A stretch of 64,000 nt of DNA from Chloroflexota bacterium. Lineage in GTDB: Bacteria > Chloroflexota > Dehalococcoidia > Lucifugimonadales > UBA2985. The stretch is taken from assembly GCA_028877205.1 (NCBI GenBank), contig JAPPHY010000002.1, positions 13,994-77,993 of the forward strand. The letters run 5' to 3'. Positions 20,684 to 30,686 of this stretch are shown in pieces (position 1 is the first letter of the stretch; each line of letters starts with the position of its first letter). A program made the translations under genes and the position numbers. The notes beneath the pieces were generated by a model. It saw nothing but the letters and a program-made list of their open reading frames with translations, was not told the DNA's origin and made no database searches.

Positions 20684-22969
20684 CTACGCGCCGCCGTTGT
20701 CCTTGCCCCACAGCGCCTCGAGGATGCGACCTGGGTTCATCGGCAGGTCGTACATCCTGACGCCGATGGCATGGGACACGGCGTTGGCGATGGCCGCCAG
20801 CGGCGGAACGATGGGCACCTCGCCCACGCCTCGCGCGCCGTACGGATGGCCCGGATTCGCCACCTCTACGAGGATGGTGTCAATCATCGGCAGGTCGAGG
20901 GCGATCGGCATCCGGTAGTCCAGTAGCGAGGAGTTGGCCATCTGGCCTGCGTCGTTGTAGAAATACTCCTCGTTGATGGCCCAGCCAATGCCCTGGACTG
21001 CGCCGCCCTGGATCTGGCCCTCCACGTAGCTGGGGTGGATAGCCTTGCCAACGTCCTGCAATGCCGTGTAGCGGAGGACGTCGACCTTGCCCGTCTCCGG
21101 GTCAACCTCCACGTCCACGATGTGTAGGCCGAATGCGGCGCCCACACCGCGGGGCGACACCGTGCTCTTCCCAACCAGCGGGCCGCCCGTCTCCATCAGC
21201 CTGGCGGACAGCTCCCGGAAGGTGATCGACTGCTCCGGGTTGTCCTTGCGGGTGAACGCGGAGTCGCTGAAATCGATCTCGTCCTCGGTGGTCTCCCACA
21301 GGCGGGCGACGCGCTCCTTCATCTGGCGCACCACGTCGTTCGCCGCCTCGTATGAGGCCCAGCCGGTGGCGAACGCCGTGCGGCTGCCGCCGGTCACCGC
21401 AGTGTATCCGACGGAGTTGGTGTCAACCACCACCGGGTGCACGTCCTCGGCGGGAAGGCCAAGAACCTCCGCCGCCTGCATTGCGATGGCCGCGCGGGTT
21501 CCGCCGATGTCCACCGACCCCTCAACCAGTTCGACCGTGCCATCCGGGTTGACCGCGATATTGACACTGGACTGCATGCCTGCGTTGAACCAGAATCCGC
21601 TGGCGATCCCGCGGCCCGTGTACTTGCCCTCCAGAGGCGTGTTCCAGTGGTCGCTCTCCTTGGCGGCCTCCAGCATTTCCACGTTGCCGATCTTGGAGAA
21701 GGGGACGCCGGTTGCCTGGCGATCGCCCTCCTTGGAGGCGTTCATCACGTGGAAGTCCATGACGTCGATGCCCAGCTGCTCGCAGATCTCGTCCACGACG
21801 CACTCCACGGCGAACGTGGCCTGCGGCGCTCCCGGCGCCCGGTAGGCCGCCACCTTGGGCTTGTTCACCACCACGTCGTAGGCGTCGATGAGGATGTTCT
21901 CGATGCTGTACATGTTGAGCATGCACATCGCGCCGGCGTTCACGGGAGAGCCCGGGTACGCGCCCGCCTCGAAGGCCAGATATGCCTGGGCTGCCTGGAT
22001 TGTTCCGTCCTTCTTGACGCCCATCTTCACCCAGGTATAGCTGCCGGAGCCGGGCCCGGTGGCCTCCAGCACCTCGGTGCGGGTCATGGTCATCTTGACG
22101 GGGCGGCCAGTCATGCGGGACAGCAGGGCCGCCGGCGGCTCGAAGTAGAATGTGGTCTTGCCGCCGAACCCGCCTCCGATCTCCAGCGGGATGACGCGCA
22201 CCTGGGAGATTGGGACTCCGAGCACGGCGGCGGAGTTCTGCCGGATGCCGAAGTGGCCCTGCGTGCTGGTCCAGATGGTGATGTCGCCGTCCGCGTTCCA
22301 GAGGGCCGTCACGGACTGCGGCTCGATGTAGCCCTGGTGCACCGTAGGAGTGGTGAACTCCCGCTCGATGACCAGGTCGGACTCTGCAAAGCCCTTATCC
22401 ACGTCGCCCCCGGCGAAGCGGGTGTGGGTGGCAACGTTGCTCACCTTGCCGGTGTCCTTTCCCAGGGACATCGTAGTCTGGGTCTCGATCAGGATGGGGG
22501 CGTCGTCCTTCATGGCCTCGGGCGCCGTGAGCACCGGCGGCAGCACCTCGTACTCCACGTCGATCAGGGAGAGGGCCTCTTCCGCTATGTGGGGCGAGTC
22601 CGCGGCCACGGAGGCGATGGCATGACCCTTGTAGAGTGCCTTATCCTGGGCCAGGATGTTGGCCGACAGGAGGCGAAGGTTCACCATCGGCCCCTCGCCC
22701 AGGGATACCGGCTCGTTGGGAGCTTCCGGCAGGTCCTTGCTGGTCACCACGGCCTTCACGCCCGGAAGCTGAAGCGCCTTGCTTACGTCGATGGACTTGA
22801 TGCGTGCGTGGGCGTGCGGGCTGCGAAGTGTCTTCCCGTGCAGGAGGCCGGTCGGATGGATGTCCGCGCCGTATCTGGCACGGCCCGTGACCTTGTCCAC
22901 GCCGTCATGACGGACGGGCCGCGTGCCCACCACGTTGTACTCATTGGGACGCTCGGTTGTTGTGGCCAT
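20684..22969 (-). CDS. xanthine dehydrogenase/aldehyde oxidase family molybdopterin-binding subunit (CoxL-like)
   Basis: 761 aa. N-terminus VGTRPVRHDGVDKVTGRARYGADI, and a Mo-hydroxylase large-subunit layout throughout. Confidence 0.9.
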   Translation of the reverse strand: MATTTERPNEYNVVGTRPVRHDGVDKVTGRARYGADIHPTGLLHGKTLRSPHAHARIKSIDVSKALQLPGVKAVVTSKDLPEAPNEPVSLGEGPMVNLRLLSANILAQDKALYKGHAIASVAADSPHIAEEALSLIDVEYEVLPPVLTAPEAMKDDAPILIETQTTMSLGKDTGKVSNVATHTRFAGGDVDKGFAESDLVIEREFTTPTVHQGYIEPQSVTALWNADGDITIWTSTQGHFGIRQNSAAVLGVPISQVRVIPLEIGGGFGGKTTFYFEPPAALLSRMTGRPVKMTMTRTEVLEATGPGSGSYTWVKMGVKKDGTIQAAQAYLAFEAGAYPGSPVNAGAMCMLNMYSIENILIDAYDVVVNKPKVAAYRAPGAPQATFAVECVVDEICEQLGIDVMDFHVMNASKEGDRQATGVPFSKIGNVEMLEAAKESDHWNTPLEGKYTGRGIASGFWFNAGMQSSVNIAVNPDGTVELVEGSVDIGGTRAAIAMQAAEVLGLPAEDVHPVVVDTNSVGYTAVTGGSRTAFATGWASYEAANDVVRQMKERVARLWETTEDEIDFSDSAFTRKDNPEQSITFRELSARLMETGGPLVGKSTVSPRGVGAAFGLHIVDVEVDPETGKVDVLRYTALQDVGKAIHPSYVEGQIQGGAVQGIGWAINEEYFYNDAGQMANSSLLDYRMPIALDLPMIDTILVEVANPGHPYGARGVGEVPIVPPLAAIANAVSHAIGVRMYDLPMNPGRILEALWGKDNGGA

Positions 22970-23036
22970 GACTATTTCCTCTCTCTGTGCAATATGTCTC
23001 AGGCTGCCGTAAGTCTAACACACATCCGCCATCGTC

Positions 23037-24308
23037 TCAAACGCGCCGGCCGCCAGTCCTCTCCTCCCTCGTGCCCGGCTGACGCGTCACGGACTCCCGT
23101 GCGAACAGCAGGAACGCGAGTCCCACGACCCCCACAACTGCACCGTTCCCCACAAGCGCGGTGGTGGCTCCGTACGTGTCGGCGGCGAGGCCCATGAGCG
23201 GCGGCGCGATGAGCAGCGCCAGGTCGCCGAATGAGCGCGCCGCGCCCTGCGCTATGCTCTGGCGCGCCCGCGGGCTTATGTCTGCCACGTACGCCACCGG
23301 AGTCGGCCCCTGGATGCCGTTGCCTAGCCCGAACAGTGTCATGCCCACCGCGTACAGCATCAGCGCTGGGCTTGCTCCAAGCACCATCATGGCGATGGAA
23401 ACTATCAGCAGCCCGGGCACGATGGTCTTCTTGCGCCCGAACCGGTCGGAAACGGAGCCGGAGAAGGGCAGCAGGAGAAAGGCCAGGACGGGCGGGATGG
23501 TGAAGATTGCGCCTATCTGCCCCGGCGAAAGACCCAGCTCATCCGAGCCCTTCAGCGGCAGTAGCGTGAACTGCGCCCCGCCGCGCGTGAAGAAAATGGC
23601 GGCCAACACCAGCCCAACCAGGATGAAGTCGCGGGACTTCAGGAAGGAGTACCTTGACCATCGCCCCTCCTGAGTCACCGGGCCGTCCTGCCTTCCTACC
23701 TGTGGCCTTCCGTCTGCGTCGTCCGACGACGGCCTGGTCTCCGGCACGCGGAAGAACGCCCAGATACCGCTGACCAGCGACACCGCGCCGACGGCGAAGA
23801 ACGGGCCTCGCAGCCCGAATATCTCCGCAATCAGGCCGCCCATCGAGGGGCCCAGCGTGATGCCAAGCGCAAAGCTGCCCTGGTAGACGCTCATCAGCCG
23901 CCCGCGGTTGGCTGGCGTACTAATGTCGCCAATGAAGATGACGGCCCCGGTGATGAAGGCGGCGGAGCCGACCCCCGCAATGAACCTGTACACCATCAGC
24001 GGCGCGAGCGAGTCCGCGGTGCCCGCCAGGGCGTTGCCCGCCGCCGCGATCAGCGGCCCGCCTACCAGCACGGAGCGCCGTCCGAATCGCTCGGAGAGAA
24101 CCGCGGTGGGCATGTTGGTAAGGAACCGCGCCAACCCGAATACGCTGATGACCAGGCCGACCGTGGCAAGGGATACGCCCAGGCTGTCCGCGTAGAGGGG
24201 CAGGATGGGCGCCACCATCCCCTGGCCGGTGGTGAGCAGTGTGGTGGACACCGCCAGCAGCAGCACCGTGGGGTGCTCGCGCAGGACGGGGACGATGCCT
24301 AGTCGCAA
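23037..24308 (-). CDS. MFS transporter
   Basis: 12-TM pattern with a GRR/GRK loop motif (SERFGRRSVL, SDRFGRKKT). Confidence 0.85.
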   Translation of the reverse strand: MRLGIVPVLREHPTVLLLAVSTTLLTTGQGMVAPILPLYADSLGVSLATVGLVISVFGLARFLTNMPTAVLSERFGRRSVLVGGPLIAAAGNALAGTADSLAPLMVYRFIAGVGSAAFITGAVIFIGDISTPANRGRLMSVYQGSFALGITLGPSMGGLIAEIFGLRGPFFAVGAVSLVSGIWAFFRVPETRPSSDDADGRPQVGRQDGPVTQEGRWSRYSFLKSRDFILVGLVLAAIFFTRGGAQFTLLPLKGSDELGLSPGQIGAIFTIPPVLAFLLLPFSGSVSDRFGRKKTIVPGLLIVSIAMMVLGASPALMLYAVGMTLFGLGNGIQGPTPVAYVADISPRARQSIAQGAARSFGDLALLIAPPLMGLAADTYGATTALVGNGAVVGVVGLAFLLFARESVTRQPGTREERTGGRRV

Positions 24309-24332
24309 AGCGGCGATTCCTGGAGGGCCGCG

Positions 24333-25121
24333 CTATCCCTGCGTGACGGCGCGCTCGGCGGGCAATGGCCGGCCCGGGTTGAACGTGTGCAGGCGGAACC
24401 CCTCGGCGTACTTGAGGCCGTGCTTCTCCGCCAGCTCCGACACCCTGCCGCGGATGCGCTCCTCAAGCTCCTCCGGGTTGCCTATCTGGCTGCGATGCGC
24501 CTTTAGCGCCTCGATGCGCACGTCGATTACGTCAGAGATGTCGACCACCAGGTCCGGGTCCGTCGGTGTGGAGGTGTAGATCTCGAGCACCTTGTGCGGC
24601 CCGAAGCCCTCGGCCTCATGCTCCGGGAAGTGCAGCCTGTCCCTGGCGAACGGGTACACCGCGTCGAAGGTCGACTGGCCGGCCATCCGATGGTCGCGGT
24701 GATTGTGGCGGTTGCGGCTGTAGGGGTCCTGGCAGAAGATGACGTCCGGCTTGAACCGGCGTATCTCGCGCACGATCTTCCCGATGACCTCGCGCGTCGA
24801 CTCAAGCTCGCCGTCGCCGTAGCCCAGGAACGTAACGTCCGTGGTGCCGATGATGGCTGACGCGTTGCGCTGCTCCTCCTGCCGGATGGTGCCCAGCCGC
24901 TCGGAGGTCATGTCCGGGTCGCTGGTGCCCTTGTCGCCGTTGGTGCACAGCACGTAGGCTAGCTCCATGCCCTCCCGCGTCATCTTGGCGAGCGTACCCG
25001 CAAATCCGAACTCGGCGTCGTCTGGATGCGCAACCACCACCATGGCGCGCTTGTGCTTGTCCCACGGCATTTCGGGGGCGGAGCTTTGGGAGGCGTCGGT
25101 CGTCAAGTAGGGACCTCTCAA
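24333..25121 (-). CDS. PIG-L/LmbE family N-acetylglucosaminyl deacetylase
   Basis: VVAHPDDAEFG zinc-binding motif and HRDH. The start may be a downstream ATG. Confidence 0.8.
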   Translation of the reverse strand: MRGPYLTTDASQSSAPEMPWDKHKRAMVVVAHPDDAEFGFAGTLAKMTREGMELAYVLCTNGDKGTSDPDMTSERLGTIRQEEQRNASAIIGTTDVTFLGYGDGELESTREVIGKIVREIRRFKPDVIFCQDPYSRNRHNHRDHRMAGQSTFDAVYPFARDRLHFPEHEAEGFGPHKVLEIYTSTPTDPDLVVDISDVIDVRIEALKAHRSQIGNPEELEERIRGRVSELAEKHGLKYAEGFRLHTFNPGRPLPAERAVTQG

Positions 25122-25190
25122 TCCACGGGCTGTGGCGCGCGCCGCAGCGCCGTTTGGTATTAAGCTTCGTAGAGTTTACCATATCGCCGC

Positions 25191-26162
25191 ATGGTGTATC
25201 ATGGAGCCACTTCCAGAGCCGCGGAGGCGTCGGTTTTGAGCACTTCACACACCTTCTCCGGCAACCCCCTGGACAGGGGCGACCGGGAGCGCCGCGATGA
25301 CGAGTGGATAGCCCGCCGGAGCGGCGACGCTGCAAGTCGCTTCCTGCCCATGCGTGACCTGAACGTGCCCGTTTCCGAGGCCGACGGCGCAGGCCTTGTG
25401 TGGCTCAGCGGCGAAGAGAGGGAGAGGCTGGAATTAACGGCCCAACCGCTGTTCCTTGGCCTGCTGAACGGCACGGCGCACTTCGTGGTGGACGTGTCAA
25501 AAGCGGACGGAGCGGCCCGAGAGCTCGACCAGGACGGCCGCTTCAGGTACGTCGACGCACGCTCAGCAACGGAGCTGCTGGACGCGGCATCGTGCGGCAT
25601 AGTGGCGCAGGCGCGGGCGCAGGTGGACTGGCACGCCCGCAACGGCTTCTGCCCCCAGTGCGGCTCGACAACGACGATGGCCAGGGGCGGGCAGACCCGC
25701 CACTGCCCAGGCTGTGGCGCCATACACTACCCGCGCACCGACCCGGTTGTAATCACGGCCGTGCACAGCGGCGACTGGTGCCTGCTGGGGCAGTCGCGCG
25801 GCCGCGGCACGGGTTCCAACCGCTACTCGGCGCTGGCAGGATTCGTAGACCAGGGCGAGTCGATTGAGGAGGCGGTCGCGCGGGAGATCATGGAGGAGTC
25901 GGGCATTGCGGTGAAGAATGTGCGGTATCACTCGTCGCAGCCGTGGCCGTTCCCGTCCTCGCTGATGATAGGCTGCCTGGCGGAAGCGGCCACCACCGAG
26001 ATCTCCGCAGACGATGAGGAGATGTCGGACGTTCGCTGGTTTCACCGCGACGTGGTGGTGAGTGCGCTGGACGGAGGGAGCAACGAGCTGACGCTGCCCG
26101 CGCCGCTCGCGATTGCACACCACATCATCAGGGCTTGGGCGCTGCCGCATTCCCAGGACTGA
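25191..26162 (+). CDS. nudC: NAD+ diphosphatase (NADH pyrophosphatase)
   Basis: Zinc ribbon CPQCGSTTTMARGGQTRHCPGCG. Nudix box GFVDQGESIEEAVAREIMEESGI. SQPWPFPSS motif. Confidence 0.85.
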   Translation: MVYHGATSRAAEASVLSTSHTFSGNPLDRGDRERRDDEWIARRSGDAASRFLPMRDLNVPVSEADGAGLVWLSGEERERLELTAQPLFLGLLNGTAHFVVDVSKADGAARELDQDGRFRYVDARSATELLDAASCGIVAQARAQVDWHARNGFCPQCGSTTTMARGGQTRHCPGCGAIHYPRTDPVVITAVHSGDWCLLGQSRGRGTGSNRYSALAGFVDQGESIEEAVAREIMEESGIAVKNVRYHSSQPWPFPSSLMIGCLAEAATTEISADDEEMSDVRWFHRDVVVSALDGGSNELTLPAPLAIAHHIIRAWALPHSQD

Positions 26163-26211
26163 GCGTACGGATAGCCCTAGTCCAGCCTGGTAGACCGGCT
26201 AGGGGGTGTCT

Positions 26212-26423
26212 CTACAGCGGCAGGTGCACGGCGCGGCCGGTGCGGGCGCTGCGGGCCACGGCCTCCGTGAACTCCATGTACGCCACGCCGTCCTCGAAGG
26301 TGGTGAGTCGGACGGGCTCCAGCCCACGGATGGCGTTCACGAACTCCTCCTCCACGCGCCACGACTGCTGCTTCTCGACGGGCACTTCGATCTCCGCCAG
26401 CCCGTCGTCGCCGCGGCGGCCGC
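26212..26423 (-). pseudogene. duplicated 3' fragment of the Gfo/Idh/MocA oxidoreductase gene
   Basis: 212 nt matching 28874..29085 with 3 mismatches. It encodes only the last ~70 aa. The rest of ORF 26212..26559 is unrelated sequence. Confidence 0.85.
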
Positions 26424-26532
26424 ATAGCCGTATGGGGCTGGCGGCCTTGCGGATGACGCACGGAAGCCCGCCACTCCTGGATTCAGTTCCTGAACACAAC
26501 AAACGGCCCTGGGCCGCCTCTTGGCCGCCCGA

Positions 26533-26560
26533 TTGCCGACTCTCTGAAATGTCGTACAAT
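26533..26560 (+). promoter_or_regulatory. putative recQ promoter (TTGCCG-16 nt-TACAAT)
   Basis: Hexamers read in the unique DNA between the duplicated fragment and the recQ ATG. Confidence 0.4.
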
Positions 26561-26616
26561 GAGCCACGGGTTGTTCATTCTCGGTGTCGAGGCTACTCCT
26601 CGGTCGCAGAATATCC

Positions 26617-28818
26617 ATGCGAGATTCCAATAGTCTGCACGCAGTCCTCAAGTCACGATTTGGCTACGACAGCTTTCTCGGGCACCAGGAGGAGATTGTC
26701 GGCAACGTGCTGGCCGGTGGTGACAGCCTCGTGCTCATGCCCACCGGCGGCGGCAAGTCCCTGTGCTTTCAGTTGCCCGCCCTGGTGCTGGGCGGCCTCA
26801 CCCTCGTTATTTCCCCGCTGATATCCCTCATGAAGGACCAGGTGGACGCCCTGAACCTCAACGGCATCGACGCGCGGTATATCAACGGCACTATGTCCGA
26901 CCTTGAAGTCGAACGTGTGCGGTCCCAAGTCCTGGCTGGGCGGATCAGGCTCCTGTACGTAGCTCCGGAGCGGCTAGCGCATCCGGAGTTTCGCCGCTTT
27001 CTCTCCGCTCTGGATCTGAGCCTCATCGCTATAGACGAGGCGCACTGCATCTCGGAGTGGGGCCATGAGTTCCGCCCTGACTATCGCAACCTGCGGCAGC
27101 TGCGAGACCACTTCCCATCGACACCTGTTATAGCACTGACGGCCACCGCGACAGAGCGTGTCCGCCGGGACGTCATCGTTCAGCTGGGACTGCAGGAAGG
27201 CAGGTTGTTCCTGTCCAGCTTCGACCGTCCCAACCTAACCTACACGGTGCAGGCCAAGGATAGGGACTGGACGCAGCTGACCCGCCTGCTCGAAGAGAGG
27301 CGCGGGCAGTCGAGCATCGTTTACTGCTTTTCGCGGCAGGAGACTGAGGACCTGGCCCGGTTCCTCAACGACCGCGGCTTGCAGGCACGCCCGTATCACG
27401 CCGGGCTGGACGCCGAAACTCGCCGTCGCAACCAGGAGGACTTCATTCGAGACAGGCTCTCCGTAATCGTGGCGACCATAGCATTTGGCATGGGCATCGA
27501 CAAGCCGGACGTCCGGCTCGTGGTGCACTACGGCCTGCCAAGGTCTGTGGAGGGCTACTACCAGGAGACGGGGCGCGCCGGCAGGGACGGCCTGCCCAGC
27601 GATTGCGTGCTGTTCTTCTCCTACGCCGACAAGGCCAGACAGGAGTACTTCATCAACCGGATAGAGGACGCATCGGAGCAGCGTAACGCTCGGGAGAAGC
27701 TGGATCGGATGGTGGAATTCGCCCAGCTTCCCACCTGCCGCCGCCGATTCATGCTGGAGTACTTTGGGGAGCAGCGCTTGGAGGCCAATTGCGGCAGCTG
27801 TGACGTGTGCCTCGAGTCGAGAGGGAGCTTCGACGCCACAGAGGTGACACAGAAGATACTGTCGGCTGTGATTCGCACCGGCGAACGCTTTGGTGTGCAC
27901 CACATCATCCAGGTGTTGACCGGAAGCCGCGATAAGCGTGTCTTGGGGCTGGGGCACGACAGACTGAGCGTGTATGGCATTGCGAAGGACGCCGGTCGGG
28001 CGCAGCTGCGCGAGATAATCGGGCAGCTCCAGTTTGTGGGGCTGCTGAAGCGGGCGGAGGGTGAGTTCCCCACTCTGCTGGTTTCGGATGCAGGGCGGGC
28101 GTTCCTGCAAGAGCGACGAACGCTGAAGCTGCCCCGGCCGCAGTCGCCCAACGCAGGCAGTCGCCGGTCGGCTACGGCTGACTACGACGAGGGCCTGTTC
28201 GAGGAGCTGCGGGCTGTGCGACGGAGGCTGGCCGGGGACCGCAACGTGCCCGCATACGTCGTGTTCGGTGACGCGTCGCTGCGGCACATGGCAGCGGCTA
28301 TCCCTCGCTGCGTTGCGGACTTCCTGGATATTCACGGGGTGGGCAGTACGAAGGCGGAGCAGTACAGCGATGCGTTTCTGGAGGCGATACAACGGTACGC
28401 AACCGAGAACGGCGTGCAACCCAGGAAAGGCGCCTCTCCGGTGCAACGAGACTCGGCGGACCAGTCTGAAGCCGGACGGCCCTCGGAGCCGCGGTGCCTC
28501 CCGGGAGCCACCTGCGATGAGACCATGCGCCTCATGTTGCAGGGACTGTCCGTCAGTGAGATAGCGGCGCACAGGCGACTATCTGAGACTACGGTTATCG
28601 GTCACCTGGAACGCCTGGCAAACGCGGGGACGGCCCTGGAGCTTGAGCGCTTGCTTCCTGACGCGGAGAGGCTGAGCCGGATGGAGGAGGCGTTTGAGGC
28701 CTGCGGCAGTGCGTACCTCAGGCCGGTTCGAGAGTATCTCGGCGAAGGGTTCACCTACGAAGAACTCCGACTGGCCCGCATTCACCTGCGCCAGTCTGGA
28801 CTGAAGGACTCACCCTGA
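26617..28818 (+). CDS. recQ: ATP-dependent DNA helicase RecQ with C-terminal HTH extension
   Basis: Walker A MPTGGGKSLCFQ. DEAH box IAIDEAHCISEWGHEFRPDY. Zinc cluster CRRR...CGSCDVC. HRDC segment. C-terminal LQGLSVSEIAAHRRLSETTVIGHLERL HTH. Confidence 0.9.
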   Translation: MRDSNSLHAVLKSRFGYDSFLGHQEEIVGNVLAGGDSLVLMPTGGGKSLCFQLPALVLGGLTLVISPLISLMKDQVDALNLNGIDARYINGTMSDLEVERVRSQVLAGRIRLLYVAPERLAHPEFRRFLSALDLSLIAIDEAHCISEWGHEFRPDYRNLRQLRDHFPSTPVIALTATATERVRRDVIVQLGLQEGRLFLSSFDRPNLTYTVQAKDRDWTQLTRLLEERRGQSSIVYCFSRQETEDLARFLNDRGLQARPYHAGLDAETRRRNQEDFIRDRLSVIVATIAFGMGIDKPDVRLVVHYGLPRSVEGYYQETGRAGRDGLPSDCVLFFSYADKARQEYFINRIEDASEQRNAREKLDRMVEFAQLPTCRRRFMLEYFGEQRLEANCGSCDVCLESRGSFDATEVTQKILSAVIRTGERFGVHHIIQVLTGSRDKRVLGLGHDRLSVYGIAKDAGRAQLREIIGQLQFVGLLKRAEGEFPTLLVSDAGRAFLQERRTLKLPRPQSPNAGSRRSATADYDEGLFEELRAVRRRLAGDRNVPAYVVFGDASLRHMAAAIPRCVADFLDIHGVGSTKAEQYSDAFLEAIQRYATENGVQPRKGASPVQRDSADQSEAGRPSEPRCLPGATCDETMRLMLQGLSVSEIAAHRRLSETTVIGHLERLANAGTALELERLLPDAERLSRMEEAFEACGSAYLRPVREYLGEGFTYEELRLARIHLRQSGLKDSP

Positions 28819-28873
28819 GCTGGTACGGGAGCCAGGCCCACCACGAGCGGGAGCGGCGCAGGGCAGCCCGCCC

Positions 28874-29917
28874 CTACAGCGGCAGGTGCACGGCGCGGCC
28901 GGTGCGGGCGCTGCGGGTCACGGCCTCCGTGAACTCCATGTACGCCACGCCGTCCTCAAAGGTGGTGAGTCGGACAGGCTCCAGCCCACGGATGGCGTTC
29001 ACGAACTCCTCCTCCACGCGCCACGACTGCTGCTTCTCGACGGGCACTTCGATCTCCGCCAGCCCGTCGTCGCCGCGGCGGCCGCCGAACAGCTGCATCG
29101 CTCCTGTTTCCAGGTGCAGAGTACCCCCCGTGCCGAATAGCCACACGTCGGCGGAGGGTGCAAGGCCGGTGACGGCGCTGAATGTCATGTGGGCCTGCGC
29201 ACCGCCGTTAATACGTGCGAGTACGTCCACGTGGTCCGGTATGGTGACCGGCCGCAGCAGGCCGCCGGTGTCAACGCGCTGGGGCACCGTCACGCTGGTC
29301 ATGGCTAGGACCTCCGTGGCCGGGCCTATCCACCGCATCATCGCCTCGTACCACACGCCCAGGAACAGCACGTTGTAGCCGCTCACCGCGCGGTCGTGCC
29401 TCCACTGGAGCGGCCCGCCGAACTCCGGGAAACCGCTGCCTGTGACCCGCATCTCGACCGAGGTGAGCGCGCCCAGGTAGCCAGATGAGAGAAGCTCGCG
29501 GATGGTGGTGTCGACTTTCAGCGTGAACGGCGACGGCACCACCTGCGCGACGAGGTCGGGATGGCGGCGCGATGCGTTGAGCATTGCCTTGGCCTCAGCC
29601 GCGTCCATTGCCATGCGCGCCTCCGTGAGGACGTGCTTGCCGGCGTCCAGCGCCGCGAGCGTGATGGGGCAGTGCATGTAAGGCCAGGTGCCGATGCAGA
29701 CCGCGTCTATGTCGGGGGACTGCACCAGCTGCTGCCAGTCGTCGTACACGCGGGGGATTTCGAACTCGTCTGCCACGCGCTGCCCGGACTCGCGGCTGCG
29801 ATTGGCCACGCCTACCACGTCGACTCCTTCAAGCGCCTGGAAGCCCGGTATGTGGCGTGCCCGGCTGTTGGCGCCGGCCCCCACGATGCCCACGCGTATG
29901 TTCTGACTGCTGGTCAT
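28874..29917 (-). CDS. Gfo/Idh/MocA family oxidoreductase
   Basis: N-terminal Rossmann IRVGIVGAGANSRARHIPGF. 347 aa. Confidence 0.85.
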   Translation of the reverse strand: MTSSQNIRVGIVGAGANSRARHIPGFQALEGVDVVGVANRSRESGQRVADEFEIPRVYDDWQQLVQSPDIDAVCIGTWPYMHCPITLAALDAGKHVLTEARMAMDAAEAKAMLNASRRHPDLVAQVVPSPFTLKVDTTIRELLSSGYLGALTSVEMRVTGSGFPEFGGPLQWRHDRAVSGYNVLFLGVWYEAMMRWIGPATEVLAMTSVTVPQRVDTGGLLRPVTIPDHVDVLARINGGAQAHMTFSAVTGLAPSADVWLFGTGGTLHLETGAMQLFGGRRGDDGLAEIEVPVEKQQSWRVEEEFVNAIRGLEPVRLTTFEDGVAYMEFTEAVTRSARTGRAVHLPL

Positions 29918-30023
29918 GCCACCTCCGATCCGCGAATGCCGCGGCTGCTTTCAACAGGAGTGGGTACGCCGCGGCGTACCCACTCCTTCGCCTTCTGCGA
30001 TTGTCCCATTGAAGGGAGGCGTC

Positions 30024-30686
30024 CTAGCTCGTCGGGTCCTTGACCTTCCTCAGGTAGGGCGTCACGGTCTCCCACCCGTCTGGGAACAACTCCTGGGCCG
30101 CCTCGTTGTTGATGGACGGCAGGATGATCACGTCCTCGCCCTTCTCCCAGTTGGCGGGCGTGGCAACGCGGTGGTTGGCCGTGATCTGGCAGGAGTCGAG
30201 CACCCTGAGGAGCTCGTCGAAGTTGCGGCCGGAGCTCATGGGGTACGTGAGGTTCATCTTGATTCGCTTGTCCGGGCCGACAAGGAACACGGATCGAACG
30301 GTCGCGTTGTCCGCGGCCGTCCTGCCCTCGGACGAATCGCCGCTCTCCGCTGGCAGCATATCGTAGAGCTTGGCGACGCTCAGGTTCTCGTCGGCGATGA
30401 TGGGGAAGTTGAGCTCTGTGCCCGCGAGCTGTTCGATGTCAGCCGCCCACCGCTTGTGGTCGTCCACCTTGTCCACGCTCAGTCCGATGACCTTGCAGGA
30501 ACGCTTCTGGAACTCGCTGTTGATCTTCGCCACCTCGCTGAGCTCAGTGGCGCAGACCGGCGTGAAGTCCTTGGGGTGCGAGAAGAGCATGGCCCAGCCG
30601 TCGCCCATCCACTCGTGGAAGTTGACCGTACCCTCGCTGGTTTCCGCCGTGAAATCCGGTGCCTCGTCATTGATTCGTAGAGACAT
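30024..30686 (-). CDS. 1-Cys peroxiredoxin (Prx6-like)
   Basis: MSLRINDEAPDF...FSHPKDFTPVCATEL. The ATG at 30686 follows GGAGGAG. The upstream extension in ORF 30024..30905 is not protein-like. Confidence 0.9.
   Translation of the reverse strand: MSLRINDEAPDFTAETSEGTVNFHEWMGDGWAMLFSHPKDFTPVCATELSEVAKINSEFQKRSCKVIGLSVDKVDDHKRWAADIEQLAGTELNFPIIADENLSVAKLYDMLPAESGDSSEGRTAADNATVRSVFLVGPDKRIKMNLTYPMSSGRNFDELLRVLDSCQITANHRVATPANWEKGEDVIILPSINNEAAQELFPDGWETVTPYLRKVKDPTS

Noticed and set aside
21437-23197. 586-aa ORF on the plus strand. Similar long antisense or alternate-frame ORFs include 1372..2406, 15705..16757, 27235..28572, 30827..32167, 33262..34227, 39328..40179, 41002..42264, 45331..46263, 47087..48106 and 48182..49000.
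   Set aside because: All lie opposite to, or out of frame with, genes that have clear conserved motifs. Their products are Arg/Gly/Ala/Pro/His-rich low-complexity strings, typical of stop-codon-poor high-GC DNA.
26212-26559. 115-aa ORF on the minus strand.
   Set aside because: Only its last ~70 codons are a copy of the oxidoreductase C-terminus. The N-terminal part is unrelated junk with no RBS. It is treated as a gene fragment.
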